The notes: a model not told the origin generated them from the letters alone. A stretch of 64,000 nt of DNA from an uncultured Bulleidia sp. (GCA_934725105.1 CAKVBD010000007.1:7747-71746), one strand, 5' to 3'; counted from the first letter of the stretch, positions 29,999-41,287 are shown. A program made the numbers and translations.

Positions 29999-30029
29999 GA
30001 GAGATATCCATTCGGGTATCTCTTTTTTT
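29999..30029 (+). terminator. intrinsic terminator after tuf
   Basis: GAGAGATATCC / GGGTATCTCT imperfect stem plus T7. Confidence 0.65.
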
Positions 30030-30051
30030 ACGTCTGTAGTAATATAAATAT

Positions 30052-30726
30052 ATGATTCAAGGAATTATATTTGATTACGATGGTGTTTTAACTAAGAGAT
30101 ATGTTTCTGCATATCACATGTACCAATGGATCATTTGTTCTATTACAAATAAAGAAAAATCAGATTTAGATGTTGAAGAAATGGTTCAAACATGCTTGAT
30201 CTGGGATGAGTTTGGTCATAGTGATAAAAAATATGTATTTGATAAAATGAAAGAACATTGGTTTCATGACTTAGATGTTTCTTACTGGAGAACATACTGG
30301 TATGAACATTTTGATGCATTTCAGATTGTATCGGATGATGCGTTTGATGTGTTGAATCAATTACATAAGCATTATAAACTTGCAATTTTATCAAATGGTT
30401 TTTCTCACTCTCAACACAAAAAGATTTCTTCGTTAAAACTAGAAACGTATTTTGATGAAGTTATTGTTTCAGGTGATTATGAAATTCAAAAGCCAGATAC
30501 TAGAATTTTTCAAATAGCGTGTGATAAATTAAAGCTAGATCCAAGTGAAGTTGCAATGGTTGGTGATACATTCTTTACAGATTTATCTGGTGCAATGCGT
30601 ATTGGAATGCAGCCTGTATGGTATTGTCATGAAAGAAGACCAATTTCTGATTTTTATGTTCCGGTAGTAAAAGATTTTAAGGAACTAGAACAGTATTTCT
30701 TAGGAAATGAAATGTATGCACAATAG
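30052..30726 (+). CDS. HAD-IA family hydrolase
   Basis: FDYDGVL motif I, SNG motif, K...GDT motif IV. Confidence 0.7.
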   Translation: MIQGIIFDYDGVLTKRYVSAYHMYQWIICSITNKEKSDLDVEEMVQTCLIWDEFGHSDKKYVFDKMKEHWFHDLDVSYWRTYWYEHFDAFQIVSDDAFDVLNQLHKHYKLAILSNGFSHSQHKKISSLKLETYFDEVIVSGDYEIQKPDTRIFQIACDKLKLDPSEVAMVGDTFFTDLSGAMRIGMQPVWYCHERRPISDFYVPVVKDFKELEQYFLGNEMYAQ

Positions 30727-31168
30727 AATAAAATATTTTGCAGCATGCGTATTAACATGTTTACTATATGGATGTTTTCCGCAACCATTAAATAATCCTG
30801 CTAATAATAAGATAGGAAATATATCAATCAGTGAAAGTGCTGAATCAGATCAGAAAGATGAAGTTGCAATGTATATACATCTATATGATCATCTCCCTTC
30901 TAACTACATGACGAAAAAAGAAGCTAGAAAACATGGATGGGAAGCTGGTGCATTATCTAAATTATTACCTGGGAAAAGTATCGGTGGTGATAAATATGGA
31001 AACTATGAAGAAACTTTACCAGTAGAGGATACGTATTATGAATGCGATATTGATACACAAGGTAAAACATCTAGAGGAAAGAAGAGAATCGTTTATTCAG
31101 AGGATGGAGATATCTGGTATACAGATGATCATTATGAGACTTTTGAACAGTTATATGAAGGTGAATAA
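30707..31168 (+). CDS. barnase-family guanyl-specific ribonuclease, lipoprotein
   Basis: [38 protein letters not shown] and TDDHYETF align with barnase. Its K27, E73, R87 and H102 equivalents are all present. Lipobox LLYGC. Confidence 0.75.
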   Translation: MKCMHNRIKYFAACVLTCLLYGCFPQPLNNPANNKIGNISISESAESDQKDEVAMYIHLYDHLPSNYMTKKEARKHGWEAGALSKLLPGKSIGGDKYGNYEETLPVEDTYYECDIDTQGKTSRGKKRIVYSEDGDIWYTDDHYETFEQLYEGE

Positions 31169-31190
31169 GTTTAGATTGGACTGGTAATAA

Positions 31191-31412
31191 ATGAGTATGG
31201 CAAAGATAACAATTGATGATATCGCTAAAAAAGTGAAAGTAAGTAAAAGCACAGTTTCTCGTTATTTAAATGGTGGAAGTGAAGTATTTACATGTCGATT
31301 TTATGGAATGGAAGAAGCGTTCTTGTTTGAAGGCAAAGCTGAAGGAACAATGAATCTTTATCAAATGCATGGCTTTTCTATGAAAGATACAGAAGAAAAA
31401 GATTGTGCGTAA
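31191..31412 (+). pseudogene. LacI-family regulator remnant (HTH only)
   Basis: ITIDDIAKKVKVSKSTVSRYLNG is a LacI-type HTH, followed by unrelated sequence and a stop at 73 aa. Confidence 0.5.
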
Positions 31413-32364
31413 TTGGAGAAGCTTTGATTGATTTTGTGCCTGATGTAAATGGATGTGCTTTAAAATATGTACCTTCATTCCATAGAGTGGCAGGTGGGGC
31501 ACCAGCAAATGTTGCGGGTACGATTAGTAAACTTGGTCTTCTATCAAAAGTATTAAAGAAACTTGGAGAAGATACTTTTGGAGATTATATGATTGAAACG
31601 TTAGAAAAAAGTGGTATTGATACTTCTAGCATCTTGCGAGATCGTAACTATGAAACTTCATTGGCATTTGTATCTTTGAAGGAAGATGGAAATCGAGATT
31701 TTGCATTCTATAGAAAGAATAGTGCAGATCTGCATCTGACAGAAGATGAAATTCCTGATAATATTCTTGATGATTGTGGAATGATCCATTTCTGCAGTGC
31801 TGATCTAGTGGAATCTAGTATGAAGCAGGCACATCACAAATTGATTACGATGGCGAAAGAGAAGGGGCTGCTAATTAGTTTTGATCCGAACTTAAGACTT
31901 TCATAGTGGGAAAGTGAAGAATGTTTAAGAAAAACAGTGAATGCATTTTTACCGCTTGCAGATATTGTTAAAATTTCTGATGAAGAACTGGAATTCATTA
32001 CAGGAAAAACAAATATTGAAGAAGCATTGCCATCTCTTTTGCAAGAAAATACAAAATGTGTTGTGTATACACAATGGGGAAAGATGGTGCTGCAGTGTAT
32101 ATAAAAAATCTAAAAGCAGTATCCCACGGATATTGCGTAGATGTTGTGGATACGACAGGTGCAGGAGATTCTTTTATTGGAGCGTTTGAATATCAATTGT
32201 TAAGAGATGGTGTAGAAGATATTGAAGCAGTATCAAAAGAAACATTTGAAGAATATTTGGAATTTGCGAATGCTTGTGCTGCATATACCACAACAAAGGC
32301 TGGTGCGCTTTTGTCCATGGCTACTGCAAGCAAAATGGAAAAATGGCTGGGTAAAATCCGATAA
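31403..32364 (+). pseudogene. PfkB-family sugar kinase (fructokinase-like), disrupted
   Basis: N-terminus CVIGEALIDF...GGAPANVA and C-terminus VDTTGAGDSF are kinase-like. In-frame TAG at 31906-31908 inside DPNLRLS*WESEE, and a frameshift near 32060-32075. Pieces lie in three frames. Confidence 0.65.
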
Positions 32365-32452
32365 ATATTAAATCATGTACAAATGTGTACGTGATTTTTC
32401 TCTGCTGATAGAAAAATCGGTTAGAAACATATAGAATAGATGCGGTGATAAT

Positions 32453-32740
32453 ATGAATAGTGAATACGATAAGACAATCCATCTCAATGGATATGAGATA
32501 GAAAACAAAGAAAAAGCAATTCCATATTTAAAAACGGAATTTGATTTACCTTCTTATACAGGAAACTCCCTGGATGCAATTGCAGATAGCTTGCCAGAAG
32601 TGAAAGATCGAGTAGAAATTTTATTAACAAAAAAGAATATTACATATATTTGTGACCACTCATATGCATTTAAAGTGTTGATGATGCTTGGAAATGTGGT
32701 GAATGAGAATCCAAATTTGTATATTTTCTTTAGAGAGTGA
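32453..32740 (+). CDS. barstar-like ribonuclease inhibitor
   Basis: IHLNGYEI...LPSYTGNSLDAIADSL matches barstar INGEQI...LPEYYGENLDALWDCL, including both barnase-contact aspartates. 95 aa. Confidence 0.65.
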   Translation: MNSEYDKTIHLNGYEIENKEKAIPYLKTEFDLPSYTGNSLDAIADSLPEVKDRVEILLTKKNITYICDHSYAFKVLMMLGNVVNENPNLYIFFRE

Positions 32741-32759
32741 GAAAAAACTCTCTTTTTTT
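32732..32759 (+). terminator. intrinsic terminator
   Basis: AGAGAG / CTCTCT stem plus T-run immediately after the barstar-like stop. Confidence 0.5.
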
Positions 32760-32841
32760 ATGAGCTATATAGAAATTCAGTGTAAAACATATATATGAAG
32801 GCATATATATGCTTAAAATAAGAAATTTGAGCCAAAATTAA

Positions 32842-33102
32842 TGGCACACTGATAGCGGTTGTTATGGTGTATTCTTTTTTGGAGTACCTAATAGGATATG
32901 AAATTCATGTATAAAAATAAGAACATAGGTATAGAAAATAGCATAAATAAGCCAAATACTATAAAAGTGGCACGCTGAAAACCGTGGACATGAGAAAAAA
33001 TATTAAAAATATTTAAAAAAATGCTTGCATTGGATAAATGATAGTAGTAATATAGTTGAGCACTCGCGTAGAAGTGGGAAGTTGCCGGCACGCTAAAATG
33101 CG
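32842..33102 (+). repeat. three diverged copies of a GGCACRCT(R)AWAnCG motif at about 120-nt spacing upstream of and within the S10 leader
   Basis: TGGCACACTGATAGCGG (32842), TGGCACGCTGAAAACCG (32968), CGGCACGCTAAAATGCG (33086). Copies 1 and 2 are each preceded by AGCCAAA. Confidence 0.45.
33025..33053 (+). promoter_or_regulatory. sigma-A promoter of S10 operon with AT-rich UP region
   Basis: TTGCAT, 17 nt, TAATAT. A/T-rich tract immediately upstream. About 125-nt GC-richer structured leader to rpsJ. Confidence 0.55.
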
Positions 33103-33179
33103 TTGTCACGATAGCGTGATAACCGGGGAACTCACACGGAGCGATCCCTAAGGGGAGTGAATATAAGGAGGAAAAATTC

Positions 33180-33491
33180 ATGGCAAAGAACTCTGTAAGA
33201 ATTCGTTTGAAGGCTTACGAGAACAGAAGCTTAGATGCAGCTAGCGAAAAGATCGTTAAAACTGCAACAAGCCACGGCGCAAAGAAAATCGTCGGTCCTG
33301 TTCCGCTGCCTACTGAACGTGAGGTTGTTACAATCTTACGTGCAGTTCACAAGTATAAGGACTCTCGTGAACAGTTCGAGATCCGTACACACAAGAGACT
33401 GATTGAGATCATCGGCCCAAGTGCAGAAACAATTGATGCATTATCAAGACTTGATCTGCCTTCTGGAGTTGATATCGAAATCAAACTTTAA
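33180..33491 (+). CDS. rpsJ: 30S ribosomal protein S10
   Basis: Conserved uS10. Confidence 0.95.
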   Translation: MAKNSVRIRLKAYENRSLDAASEKIVKTATSHGAKKIVGPVPLPTEREVVTILRAVHKYKDSREQFEIRTHKRLIEIIGPSAETIDALSRLDLPSGVDIEIKL

Positions 33492-33513
33492 GAAAGGAAT
33501 CGGGTGAAATTAA

Positions 33514-34269
33514 ATGAAAGGTATTTTAGGACGTAAGCTTGGTATGACTCAAGTCTTCACGATCGAAGGAACACTGATTCCTGTTACTGTCGTTGAAGTT
33601 AAGCCAAACGTCGTACTTCAAAAGAAGACAAAGGATGTTGATGGCTACGAAGCAGTTCAGCTCGGTTACGAAGACGTTAAGGAACAACGTTCAAACAAGC
33701 CAGCAATTGGACATGCTAAGAAGGCTAACACAGCACCTAAGAAGTTCATCAAGGAATTCAACTATGATGAAATGCTCAACCTCGAAGTTGGAGCTGAAGT
33801 AAAAGCAGACATCTTCAAGGCTGGCGATATCGTTGATGTTCAGGGTACTTCTAAGGGACATGGTTACAACGGTACAATCGTTCGTAACAATGCTCACCAG
33901 GGACCTAAGACACACGGTGGTTCCAAGAACATCAGACACCAAGGTTCATTAGCAACTAACGGACGTAACAACGGTGTAGTTAACAAGGGTACAGCAATGC
34001 CTGGTCAGTATGGTGGATACACAACAACTAACCAGAACCTCGAAGTAATCAAGGTTGATGCTGAAGAAGGATACATCCTTGTTAAGGGTAATGTTCCAGG
34101 ACCAAAGAGAGGTCTTGTAACAATCCATACAACAGTTAAGCCTAAGAAGGAAGTAACAGCTGTTGAACTCATCTCTTATGAAAGTGCTTCTGTTGAAGAA
34201 GAACTTGAAAAGGTTGAAGAAACAATCAATGAAGAATTAGCAACAGAAACAGTTGCTGAAGGAAAGTGA
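33514..34269 (+). CDS. rplC: 50S ribosomal protein L3 (with acidic C-terminal extension)
   Basis: uL3 core plus a roughly 40-aa E-rich tail. Confidence 0.9.
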   Translation: MKGILGRKLGMTQVFTIEGTLIPVTVVEVKPNVVLQKKTKDVDGYEAVQLGYEDVKEQRSNKPAIGHAKKANTAPKKFIKEFNYDEMLNLEVGAEVKADIFKAGDIVDVQGTSKGHGYNGTIVRNNAHQGPKTHGGSKNIRHQGSLATNGRNNGVVNKGTAMPGQYGGYTTTNQNLEVIKVDAEEGYILVKGNVPGPKRGLVTIHTTVKPKKEVTAVELISYESASVEEELEKVEETINEELATETVAEGK

Positions 34270-34278
34270 GGATAAAGC

Positions 34279-34908
34279 ATGGCACAGATTGATGTATTTA
34301 ATCAGGAAGCAAAGTCTGTAAAGCAGATGGAACTCGCTGATGCGGTCTTCGCTGTAGAACCAAACCAGCAGGCAATCTATGATGCGATTCTTGCTTACCA
34401 GGCAGGATTAAGACAAGGTACTCATAGCACTCTAACAAGAAGCTTCGTATCTGGTACAGGTAAGAAGCCATTCCGTCAGAAGGGTACTGGTAGAGCTCGT
34501 CAGGGTTCCACAAGAGCAACTCAGTGGAGAGGCGGCGCAATCGCATTTGGACCACATCCAAGAAAGTACAACTTAAAGACAAACCGTAAGGTTAGAAGAT
34601 TAGCACTTCGTTCTGCATTAAGCGAAAAGGTTGCTGAAGCTAACTTAACAGTATTAGAAAATCTCAACTTTGATGAGATTAAGACAAAGAAGGCTGTAGC
34701 ATTACTTGCTGCATTCGGATTCGAAAGAAAGACATTATTCGTTGCTGATGCATCTGAAGACTTCGACAACGCTTACCTTTCTATGAGAAACGTTCCAAAT
34801 GCAACTGTAGTAACAGTTTCCAGCTTGAATGTCTATGACATTGTGAATGCTGACAAGATCGTGTTCACAGAAGCTGCTGCTGCTAAAGCAGGGGAGGTGT
34901 TCGCATGA
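34279..34908 (+). CDS. rplD: 50S ribosomal protein L4
   Basis: uL4. Confidence 0.9.
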   Translation: MAQIDVFNQEAKSVKQMELADAVFAVEPNQQAIYDAILAYQAGLRQGTHSTLTRSFVSGTGKKPFRQKGTGRARQGSTRATQWRGGAIAFGPHPRKYNLKTNRKVRRLALRSALSEKVAEANLTVLENLNFDEIKTKKAVALLAAFGFERKTLFVADASEDFDNAYLSMRNVPNATVVTVSSLNVYDIVNADKIVFTEAAAAKAGEVFA

Positions 34909-35198
34909 GCGCACGCGATATTATCGTAAGACCAATTATCACAGAAAAGACAAGCGTTGCTTCTGCTGATAACAATACAGTAACATTCGAAGTAGCAAAA
35001 AATGCTAATAAGACAGCTATTGCTCAGGCAATCGTTGAAATCTATCATGTTAAACCTGTATCTGTAAACACAGTTAACGTTCATCCAAAGAAGAGAAGAG
35101 TTGGACGTTATGAAGGTATGACAAGAGCTTATAAGAAGGCTTATGTCAAGTTCGCTGAAAATGATTCAATCAACATCTTCGGCGAAAACAATGACTAA
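34905..35198 (+). CDS. rplW: 50S ribosomal protein L23
   Basis: uL23. Confidence 0.9.
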   Translation: MSARDIIVRPIITEKTSVASADNNTVTFEVAKNANKTAIAQAIVEIYHVKPVSVNTVNVHPKKRRVGRYEGMTRAYKKAYVKFAENDSINIFGENND

Positions 35199-35262
35199 AG
35201 AAATTTAGTTTCAATATCGGAGGAAATCGCTATCTCCGGATAAATGCGAAAGGAAAGAAAAA

Positions 35263-36096
35263 ATGGCAATCGTAAAATACAAGCCAACCTCTAACGGACG
35301 CAGAAATATGACAGCTCTTAGCAATGACCGTATTACTAAGAGTACTCCAGAAAAGTCATTACTTGCTCCATTAAATAAAAAGGGTGGCCGCGGCAATACA
35401 GGCCGTATCACTTCCCGTCATCAAGGCGGTGGTGCTAAACAGAAGTACAGAATTATTGACTTCAAGAGAAACAAGGATAACGTTCCAGCAGTTGTAGCTG
35501 GTATCGAATACGATCCAAACAGAAATGCAAACATTGCATTACTTCACTATGCTGATGGTGAAAAGAGATATATCATCGCTCCAGAAAACTTAAATGTTGG
35601 AGACAAGGTAATCTCTGGTGAAGCTTGCGATATCAAGATTGGTAACGCAATGCCTCTTAAGAATATCCCAGATGGAACATTCGTTCACAACGTTGAACTT
35701 ATCGCTGGTAAGGGTGGACAGATGGCAAGAGCTGCTGGATGTTCTGCTCAGATCCTCGGCTCCGAAGGTGGATTCGTTACATTAAGACTTTCTTCTGGTG
35801 AAGTAAGAAAAGTTCATGATAACTGCCGTGCAACAGTTGGTGTTGTAGGCAACGGTGATTACTCCTTAATTAACTGGGGTAAAGCTGGTAGAGTTAGACA
35901 TTTAGGTGTTCGTCCTCATGTAAGAGGTTCAGCAATGAACCCAGTTGATCACCCACATGGTGGTGGTGAAGGCAAACAGCCTATCGGTCGTAAGTCTCCA
36001 ATGACTCCATGGGGCAAGAAGGCTATGGGTGTTAAGACTCGTAACAAGAAGGCTTCTAGCAACAAGTACATTGTGAGAAGAAGAAACGGAAAGTAA
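35263..36096 (+). CDS. rplB: 50S ribosomal protein L2
   Basis: uL2. Confidence 0.95.
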   Translation: MAIVKYKPTSNGRRNMTALSNDRITKSTPEKSLLAPLNKKGGRGNTGRITSRHQGGGAKQKYRIIDFKRNKDNVPAVVAGIEYDPNRNANIALLHYADGEKRYIIAPENLNVGDKVISGEACDIKIGNAMPLKNIPDGTFVHNVELIAGKGGQMARAAGCSAQILGSEGGFVTLRLSSGEVRKVHDNCRATVGVVGNGDYSLINWGKAGRVRHLGVRPHVRGSAMNPVDHPHGGGEGKQPIGRKSPMTPWGKKAMGVKTRNKKASSNKYIVRRRNGK

Positions 36097-36116
36097 TTGG
36101 AAGGAGAGAATGAGTA

Positions 36117-36386
36117 ATGTCAAGAAGCATTAAGAAGGGCCCTTTCTGTGATGCATACCTTTTAAAGAAGGTTGATGCAATGAATGCGGCTAATCAACAT
36201 GAAGTAATCAAGACATGGTCACGCCGTTCAACGATTTTCCCAAGCTTCGTTGAGCATACATTCGCTGTTTACAATGGTAAGGAATTCATTCCTGTCTATG
36301 TAACAGAAGATATGGTAGGCCATAAGTTAGGTGAATTCGCACCTACAAGAAAATTCGGCGGACACGGTGACGATAAGGCCGCTTAA
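36117..36386 (+). CDS. rpsS: 30S ribosomal protein S19
   Basis: uS19. Confidence 0.95.
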   Translation: MSRSIKKGPFCDAYLLKKVDAMNAANQHEVIKTWSRRSTIFPSFVEHTFAVYNGKEFIPVYVTEDMVGHKLGEFAPTRKFGGHGDDKAA

Positions 36387-36402
36387 TTAGGAGGAAATAA
36401 AG

Positions 36403-36738
36403 ATGGACGTAAAAGCAACAGCAAAAACAGTTCGTGTTACTCCTCGTAAGGCTAGATTGGCACTTGACCTCGTTCGTGGAAAGAGCGTTGATGAAGCATT
36501 AGCTATCCTCAAGTTCTTACCTAACAAGGCAGCCGCTGAAGCATACAAGGTAGTAAAGAGCGCTGCAGCAAATGCAACAAACAATCATCAGCTAAATGCT
36601 GAAAACCTTTATATCAAGGAATGCTACGCAAATGAAGGTGTTGTCCTCAAGCGTTTCATGCCTAGAGCTAAGGGTTCTGCTTCAAGTATTTTTAAGAGAA
36701 CTAGCCACATCACAGTAGTGGTTAGCGATGAGAGATAA
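36403..36738 (+). CDS. rplV: 50S ribosomal protein L22
   Basis: uL22. Confidence 0.9.
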   Translation: MDVKATAKTVRVTPRKARLALDLVRGKSVDEALAILKFLPNKAAAEAYKVVKSAAANATNNHQLNAENLYIKECYANEGVVLKRFMPRAKGSASSIFKRTSHITVVVSDER

Positions 36739-36755
36739 GGGAGGAAGATCAGAAT

Positions 36756-37565
36756 ATGGGACAGAAAGTTAGTCCAATCGGCATGCGTGTCGGTGTCATC
36801 CGCGATTGGGAATCCAGATGGTATGCAGATAAGGCTGATTATGGAGATCTTCTGAACGAAGATACAAAGATCCGTGAATTCCTCGAAAAGGAACTCAAGG
36901 ATGCTTACATCTCCAGAATCGAAATTGAACGTACAGGCAAGAAGGATGTTAAGGTTATCATCCGTTGTGCTAGACCTGGTGCAGTTACAGGCAAGGCTGA
37001 CGAAAACGGCAAAGACAACGCTGCTAAGTTAAGAGCTAAGCTTGCTAAGTTGACAGCAGGTAAGAATGTAAAGATGGACATCGTTCAGGTTGCAAACCCT
37101 GATTTAGATGCTCGTTTAGTTGCTCGTAAGATTTGCGAACAACTCGAAAACCGTCAGTCTTTCAGAATTGCTCAGAAGAAGGCAATTCAGCAGACAATGA
37201 GATCTGGTGCCAAGGGTATCAAGACTCTATGTAAGGGAAGACTTGGAGGAGCTGAAATTGCTCGTTCCGAAGGTTATTCAAGAGGTGTCGTTCCACTCCA
37301 TACATTAAGAAGTGATATCGACTATGCAGCTGAAGAAGCACAGACAACTTACGGTAAGTTAGGTGTTAAGGTTTGGATCTGCCGTGGTGAAGTATTACCT
37401 GGTCAGATGGTTAAGGAACCAGAAGCTCCAGCTGGAAGAAGAGATAACAACAGACGTGGAAACAACAGACGCCCTCAGCGTGGAAACAGACGTGCAGCTA
37501 GAAATACTGCAGCTGAAAACGCAGCTCCTGCTGAAAAGACAGCAGCTGAAGGAGGTAACGACTAA
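36756..37565 (+). CDS. rpsC: 30S ribosomal protein S3 (Arg/Asn-rich C-terminal extension)
   Basis: uS3 KH domain plus a [19 protein letters not shown] tail. Confidence 0.9.
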   Translation: MGQKVSPIGMRVGVIRDWESRWYADKADYGDLLNEDTKIREFLEKELKDAYISRIEIERTGKKDVKVIIRCARPGAVTGKADENGKDNAAKLRAKLAKLTAGKNVKMDIVQVANPDLDARLVARKICEQLENRQSFRIAQKKAIQQTMRSGAKGIKTLCKGRLGGAEIARSEGYSRGVVPLHTLRSDIDYAAEEAQTTYGKLGVKVWICRGEVLPGQMVKEPEAPAGRRDNNRRGNNRRPQRGNRRAARNTAAENAAPAEKTAAEGGND

Positions 37566-37987
37566 TGTTAATGCCTAATAGAACAAAATACAGAAGACCT
37601 CATAGATTAAGCTATGAAGGACGCGCTAAAGCTGGTCGTGAATTAGCATTTGGTGAATTCGGTCTTGTAGCTGATGAAGGTGCTTATGTAAGTAGTGCTC
37701 AGTTAGAAGCAGCACGTATTGCTATGACTCGTTATATGAACCGTGGTGGTAAAGTTTGGATCAAGGTGTTCCCACAGCTTGCAAAAACTAAGAAGCCTCT
37801 CGAAGTACGTATGGGTTCTGGTAAGGGTGCTCCTGATCATTGGGTAGCAGTTGTACAGAAGGGAAGAATTCTCTTCGAAGTAGCAGGTGTTGATGAAGCA
37901 GTTGCAAGAGAAGCATTAAGACTTGCTGCTAATAAACTCTGCGTTAAAACACGCTTTGTAAAAAAGAGTGAGGAGGTTAAGAAGTAA
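37565..37987 (+). CDS. rplP: 50S ribosomal protein L16
   Basis: uL16. Confidence 0.95.
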   Translation: MLMPNRTKYRRPHRLSYEGRAKAGRELAFGEFGLVADEGAYVSSAQLEAARIAMTRYMNRGGKVWIKVFPQLAKTKKPLEVRMGSGKGAPDHWVAVVQKGRILFEVAGVDEAVAREALRLAANKLCVKTRFVKKSEEVKK

Positions 37988-37989
37988 TT

Positions 37990-38184
37990 ATGAATATTAA
38001 AGAAATCAGAGACCTCTCTAACGAAGAGCTCGAAAAGGAAGTTGTTTCCCTCAAGGAAGAACTTTACGACTTGAGATTTGCTCAGGCAACAGGTTCTCTT
38101 GAGAATCCAGCTCGTATCAAGGATATTAAGAAGACAATTGCGCGTATGAAGACTGTAATTACAGAACGTGCAAATGCACAATAA
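37990..38184 (+). CDS. rpmC: 50S ribosomal protein L29
   Basis: uL29. Confidence 0.9.
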   Translation: MNIKEIRDLSNEELEKEVVSLKEELYDLRFAQATGSLENPARIKDIKKTIARMKTVITERANAQ

Positions 38185-38197
38185 GGAGGGCTAGAAG

Positions 38198-38461
38198 ATG
38201 GCAGAAAGAAATAGACGTAAGGTCCTTCGTGGAACAGTAGTTTCCGACAAAATGGACAAAACAATCGTCGTAGAGATCACTACATCTAAGGCTGATCCTA
38301 AATACGGCAGACATGTTAAGTTTTCTACAAAGTTCAAGGCTCATGATGAAAACAATGAAGCAAAAATTGGTGACATTGTAGAAGTAATGGAAACAAGACC
38401 ATTATCTAAGGACAAACACTTTAGATTAGTTAAGATCGTTGAAAAAGCAGTAATTCTTTAA
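38198..38461 (+). CDS. rpsQ: 30S ribosomal protein S17
   Basis: uS17. Confidence 0.9.
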   Translation: MAERNRRKVLRGTVVSDKMDKTIVVEITTSKADPKYGRHVKFSTKFKAHDENNEAKIGDIVEVMETRPLSKDKHFRLVKIVEKAVIL

Positions 38462-38481
38462 GGCACAGGAGGAAATAGGCA

Positions 38482-38850
38482 ATGATTCAGAACGAAAGCA
38501 GATTGAACGTCGCTGACAACACTGGTGCTAAGGAATTATTAGTCATCAGATGCTTAGGCGGTTCTAAGCGTAAGACAGCTACAATCGGTGATGTTGTTGT
38601 ATGTGCTGTTAAGAGTGCATCTCCTAACGGTTCTGTCAAGAGCGGACAGGTTGTTAAGGCTGTAATTGCAAGAACAGTTTACGGTATTAGCCGTGACAAT
38701 GGTTCTTATATCAAGTTTGATGATAACGCAGCTGTTATTATCAAGGAAGATGGTACACCGGTCGGAACACGTATCTTCGGTCCGGTCGCAAGAGAACTTC
38801 GTGAAAAGGGATATATGAAGATCGTTTCCCTTGCACCAGAAGTTTTATAA
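38482..38850 (+). CDS. rplN: 50S ribosomal protein L14
   Basis: uL14. Confidence 0.95.
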   Translation: MIQNESRLNVADNTGAKELLVIRCLGGSKRKTATIGDVVVCAVKSASPNGSVKSGQVVKAVIARTVYGISRDNGSYIKFDDNAAVIIKEDGTPVGTRIFGPVARELREKGYMKIVSLAPEVL

Positions 38851-38860
38851 GGAGGCCGCT

Positions 38861-39184
38861 ATGAAGATCAAGACAGGCGATACAGTTAAGGTTATCACAG
38901 GTCACTACAAGGGAACTATCTCTGAAGTTAAGGCAGTATTCCCAAAGACAAACAAGATCGTTGTTGAAGGTGTCAACATGATCAAGAAGTCTTTAAAGCC
39001 TTCTCAGCAGAACCCTGAAGGTGGCATTGTTGAAAAGGAAGCTCCAATCGATGCTTCTAACGTTATGTTATATGACAAGAAGTCTAAGTCCGCTGAAAGA
39101 GTTGGATACAAGACAAATGATAAGGGCGAAAAAGTAAGAGTACTTAAGAAGTCCGGTATTGAAGTAAAGGAGGCTAAGAAATAA
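38861..39184 (+). CDS. rplX: 50S ribosomal protein L24
   Basis: uL24. Start at MKIKTGD with RBS GGAGG. Confidence 0.9.
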   Translation: MKIKTGDTVKVITGHYKGTISEVKAVFPKTNKIVVEGVNMIKKSLKPSQQNPEGGIVEKEAPIDASNVMLYDKKSKSAERVGYKTNDKGEKVRVLKKSGIEVKEAKK

Positions 39185-39723
39185 TGAACCGTCTCGAACA
39201 AAAATATGTTGAAACAGTTAAGCCTTCTTTAATGAAGGAATTCAATTACTCCAGCTCAATGGAAGCTCCAAAGATCGTTAAGGTTGTTATCAACATGGGT
39301 GTTGGTGATGCTATTGACAATCCAAAGAACTTAGATGAAGCTGTAGCAGAATTGACACAGATTGCTGGTCAGAAGCCAGTAATCACAAAGGCTAAGAAGT
39401 CCATTGCGAACTTCAAGCTTCGTGAAGGTATGCCAATTGGTTGTAAGGTTACTCTTCGTGGTGAAAGAATGTATGAATTCTTAGATAAGTTATTCAACAT
39501 CTCTCTTCCACGTGTAAGAGATTTCCACGGTGTAAGTGCAACAGCATTCGATGGTCGTGGTAACTACACACTTGGTGTTAAAGAACAGCTAATCTTCCCT
39601 GAAATCAACTTTGATAAGGTTAACAAGGTTAGAGGTATGGATGTTGTTATCGTAACAACAGCTAAGACAAACAACGAAGCACATGCCCTATTGAAAGAAA
39701 TGGGTATGCCATTTACTAAGTAA
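39184..39723 (+). CDS. rplE: 50S ribosomal protein L5
   Basis: uL5. Confidence 0.95.
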   Translation: MNRLEQKYVETVKPSLMKEFNYSSSMEAPKIVKVVINMGVGDAIDNPKNLDEAVAELTQIAGQKPVITKAKKSIANFKLREGMPIGCKVTLRGERMYEFLDKLFNISLPRVRDFHGVSATAFDGRGNYTLGVKEQLIFPEINFDKVNKVRGMDVVIVTTAKTNNEAHALLKEMGMPFTK

Positions 39724-39740
39724 TAGAAGGAGAACATAGA

Positions 39741-39926
39741 ATGGCAAAGACAAGTTTAAAAGTTAAGCAGTCAAGACCGGCTAAGTTCTCCACACGTGAA
39801 TATACACGTTGCGAGAGATGTGGCCGTCCACACTCTGTATTGAGAAAGTATAAAGTTTGCAGAATCTGCTTCAGAGAATTGGCTTATAAAGGTCAGATTC
39901 CTGGCGTTAAGAAGGCAAGCTGGTAA
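39741..39926 (+). CDS. rpsN: 30S ribosomal protein S14, zinc-binding type Z
   Basis: 61 aa with CxxC...CxxC. Confidence 0.9.
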   Translation: MAKTSLKVKQSRPAKFSTREYTRCERCGRPHSVLRKYKVCRICFRELAYKGQIPGVKKASW

Positions 39927-39943
39927 GAAAGGAGTAACGAATC

Positions 39944-40345
39944 ATGAATATGACAGATCCTATTGCTGACATGCTGACAAGAATCCGTAATGGTGTTCAG
40001 GCTCACATGACAACAGTTGATGTAACTCCATCTTCTAAGGTTAAAGTAGAAATTGCTAAAATCTTGAAATCTGAAGGTTATATCGAAAACTATGCCGTTG
40101 AAGGCGAGGGTATCGAAAAGAAGATTGTCGTTACTCTTAAGTATGGTGCAAATGACGCTAAGGTCATCACAGGCATCAAGAGAATTTCTAAGCCAGGTCT
40201 ACGCGTTTACGCAAAGGGCGACAATGTACCTAAGGTATTAAACGGTTTAGGAATTGCTATCATCTCCACATCAAATGGAATGATGACAGATAAAGAAGCA
40301 CGTAAACAACACGTTGGCGGTGAAGTCATCGCTTACGTTTGGTAA
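39944..40345 (+). CDS. rpsH: 30S ribosomal protein S8
   Basis: uS8. Confidence 0.95.
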   Translation: MNMTDPIADMLTRIRNGVQAHMTTVDVTPSSKVKVEIAKILKSEGYIENYAVEGEGIEKKIVVTLKYGANDAKVITGIKRISKPGLRVYAKGDNVPKVLNGLGIAIISTSNGMMTDKEARKQHVGGEVIAYVW

Positions 40346-40361
40346 GAGAAAGGAAAACTAA

Positions 40362-40910
40362 ATGTCACGTATCGGAAATAAAGCGATTACCGTTCCTGCA
40401 GGCGTTGAATTAACAATTGCTGAAGGGAATGAGGTGACTGTAAAGGGACCTAAGGGTTCTCTTACAAAGACATTTTCCCCGTTGATGGAAATCTCTGTTG
40501 ACGAAAATGTCATTACAGTCAAGCGTCCTAACGAGGAAAAGCACACAAAACAGTTACATGGAACAACTAGAGCACTTCTTGCAACAATGGTTGAAGGTGT
40601 TTCTACAGGTTTCACAAAACAGTTAAAGGTTGTAGGTATTGGTTACCGTGCAGCTTTAAAGGGTAAGACACTCAACTTAAACGTTGGTTTCTCCCATGAA
40701 GTAAATATTGATGTACCAGAAGGCGTTACAGTTGAAGTTCCAGATAACACAACAATTAACGTAAGTGGTATTGATAAGCAGATTGTTGGTCAGTTTGCTG
40801 CAAATGTAAGAGCAGTTAAGAAGCCAGAACCTTATGGTGGAAAGGGAATCCGTTATGTGGATGAAGTTGTTCGTCGTAAGGAAGGTAAGACAGCTGCATC
40901 TAAGAAGTAA
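40362..40910 (+). CDS. rplF: 50S ribosomal protein L6
   Basis: uL6. Confidence 0.95.
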   Translation: MSRIGNKAITVPAGVELTIAEGNEVTVKGPKGSLTKTFSPLMEISVDENVITVKRPNEEKHTKQLHGTTRALLATMVEGVSTGFTKQLKVVGIGYRAALKGKTLNLNVGFSHEVNIDVPEGVTVEVPDNTTINVSGIDKQIVGQFAANVRAVKKPEPYGGKGIRYVDEVVRRKEGKTAASKK

Positions 40911-40930
40911 TGGGAAGGAGAGAGTAAGAT

Positions 40931-41287
40931 ATGTTTAAAATGCAAAAGAAAAATGAAGAGCGTATCCGTCGTCATAAGAGAGTACGCCGCATCGTAAATG
41001 GTACTCCTGAATGCCCAAGACTAAATGTATTCCGTTCTAATGCAAACATCTATGCACAGGTTATTGATGATATAACAGGAAAGACACTTCTTTCTTGCTC
41101 ATCATTAGAACTTAAGCTAGAAAATGGCGGAAACATTGAAGCAGCTAAGAAGGTTGGCGAAGCAATCGCTAAGAAGTGCCTAGAAAACAACATCGAATCT
41201 ATCAGATTTGATAGAGGCGGTTATGTATACCACGGAAGAGTTCAGGCTTTAGCAGATGCTGCTAGAGAAGCAGGACTCAAGTTCTAA
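40931..41287 (+). CDS. rplR: 50S ribosomal protein L18
   Basis: uL18. Confidence 0.9.
   Translation: MFKMQKKNEERIRRHKRVRRIVNGTPECPRLNVFRSNANIYAQVIDDITGKTLLSCSSLELKLENGGNIEAAKKVGEAIAKKCLENNIESIRFDRGGYVYHGRVQALADAAREAGLKF

Noticed and set aside
32842-32858. TGGCAC-N5-TAGC as a sigma-54 (-24/-12) promoter
   Set aside because: The -12 element is TAGC rather than TTGC. The context is a housekeeping r-protein operon with a clear sigma-A promoter. The motif recurs in positions incompatible with a single sigma-54 start. Treated as a repeat or possible binding motif instead.
32888-33181. 97-aa minus-strand ORF upstream of rpsJ
   Set aside because: It overlaps the S10 promoter and leader on the opposite strand, and has no RBS and no homology. 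The region is better explained as regulatory DNA.
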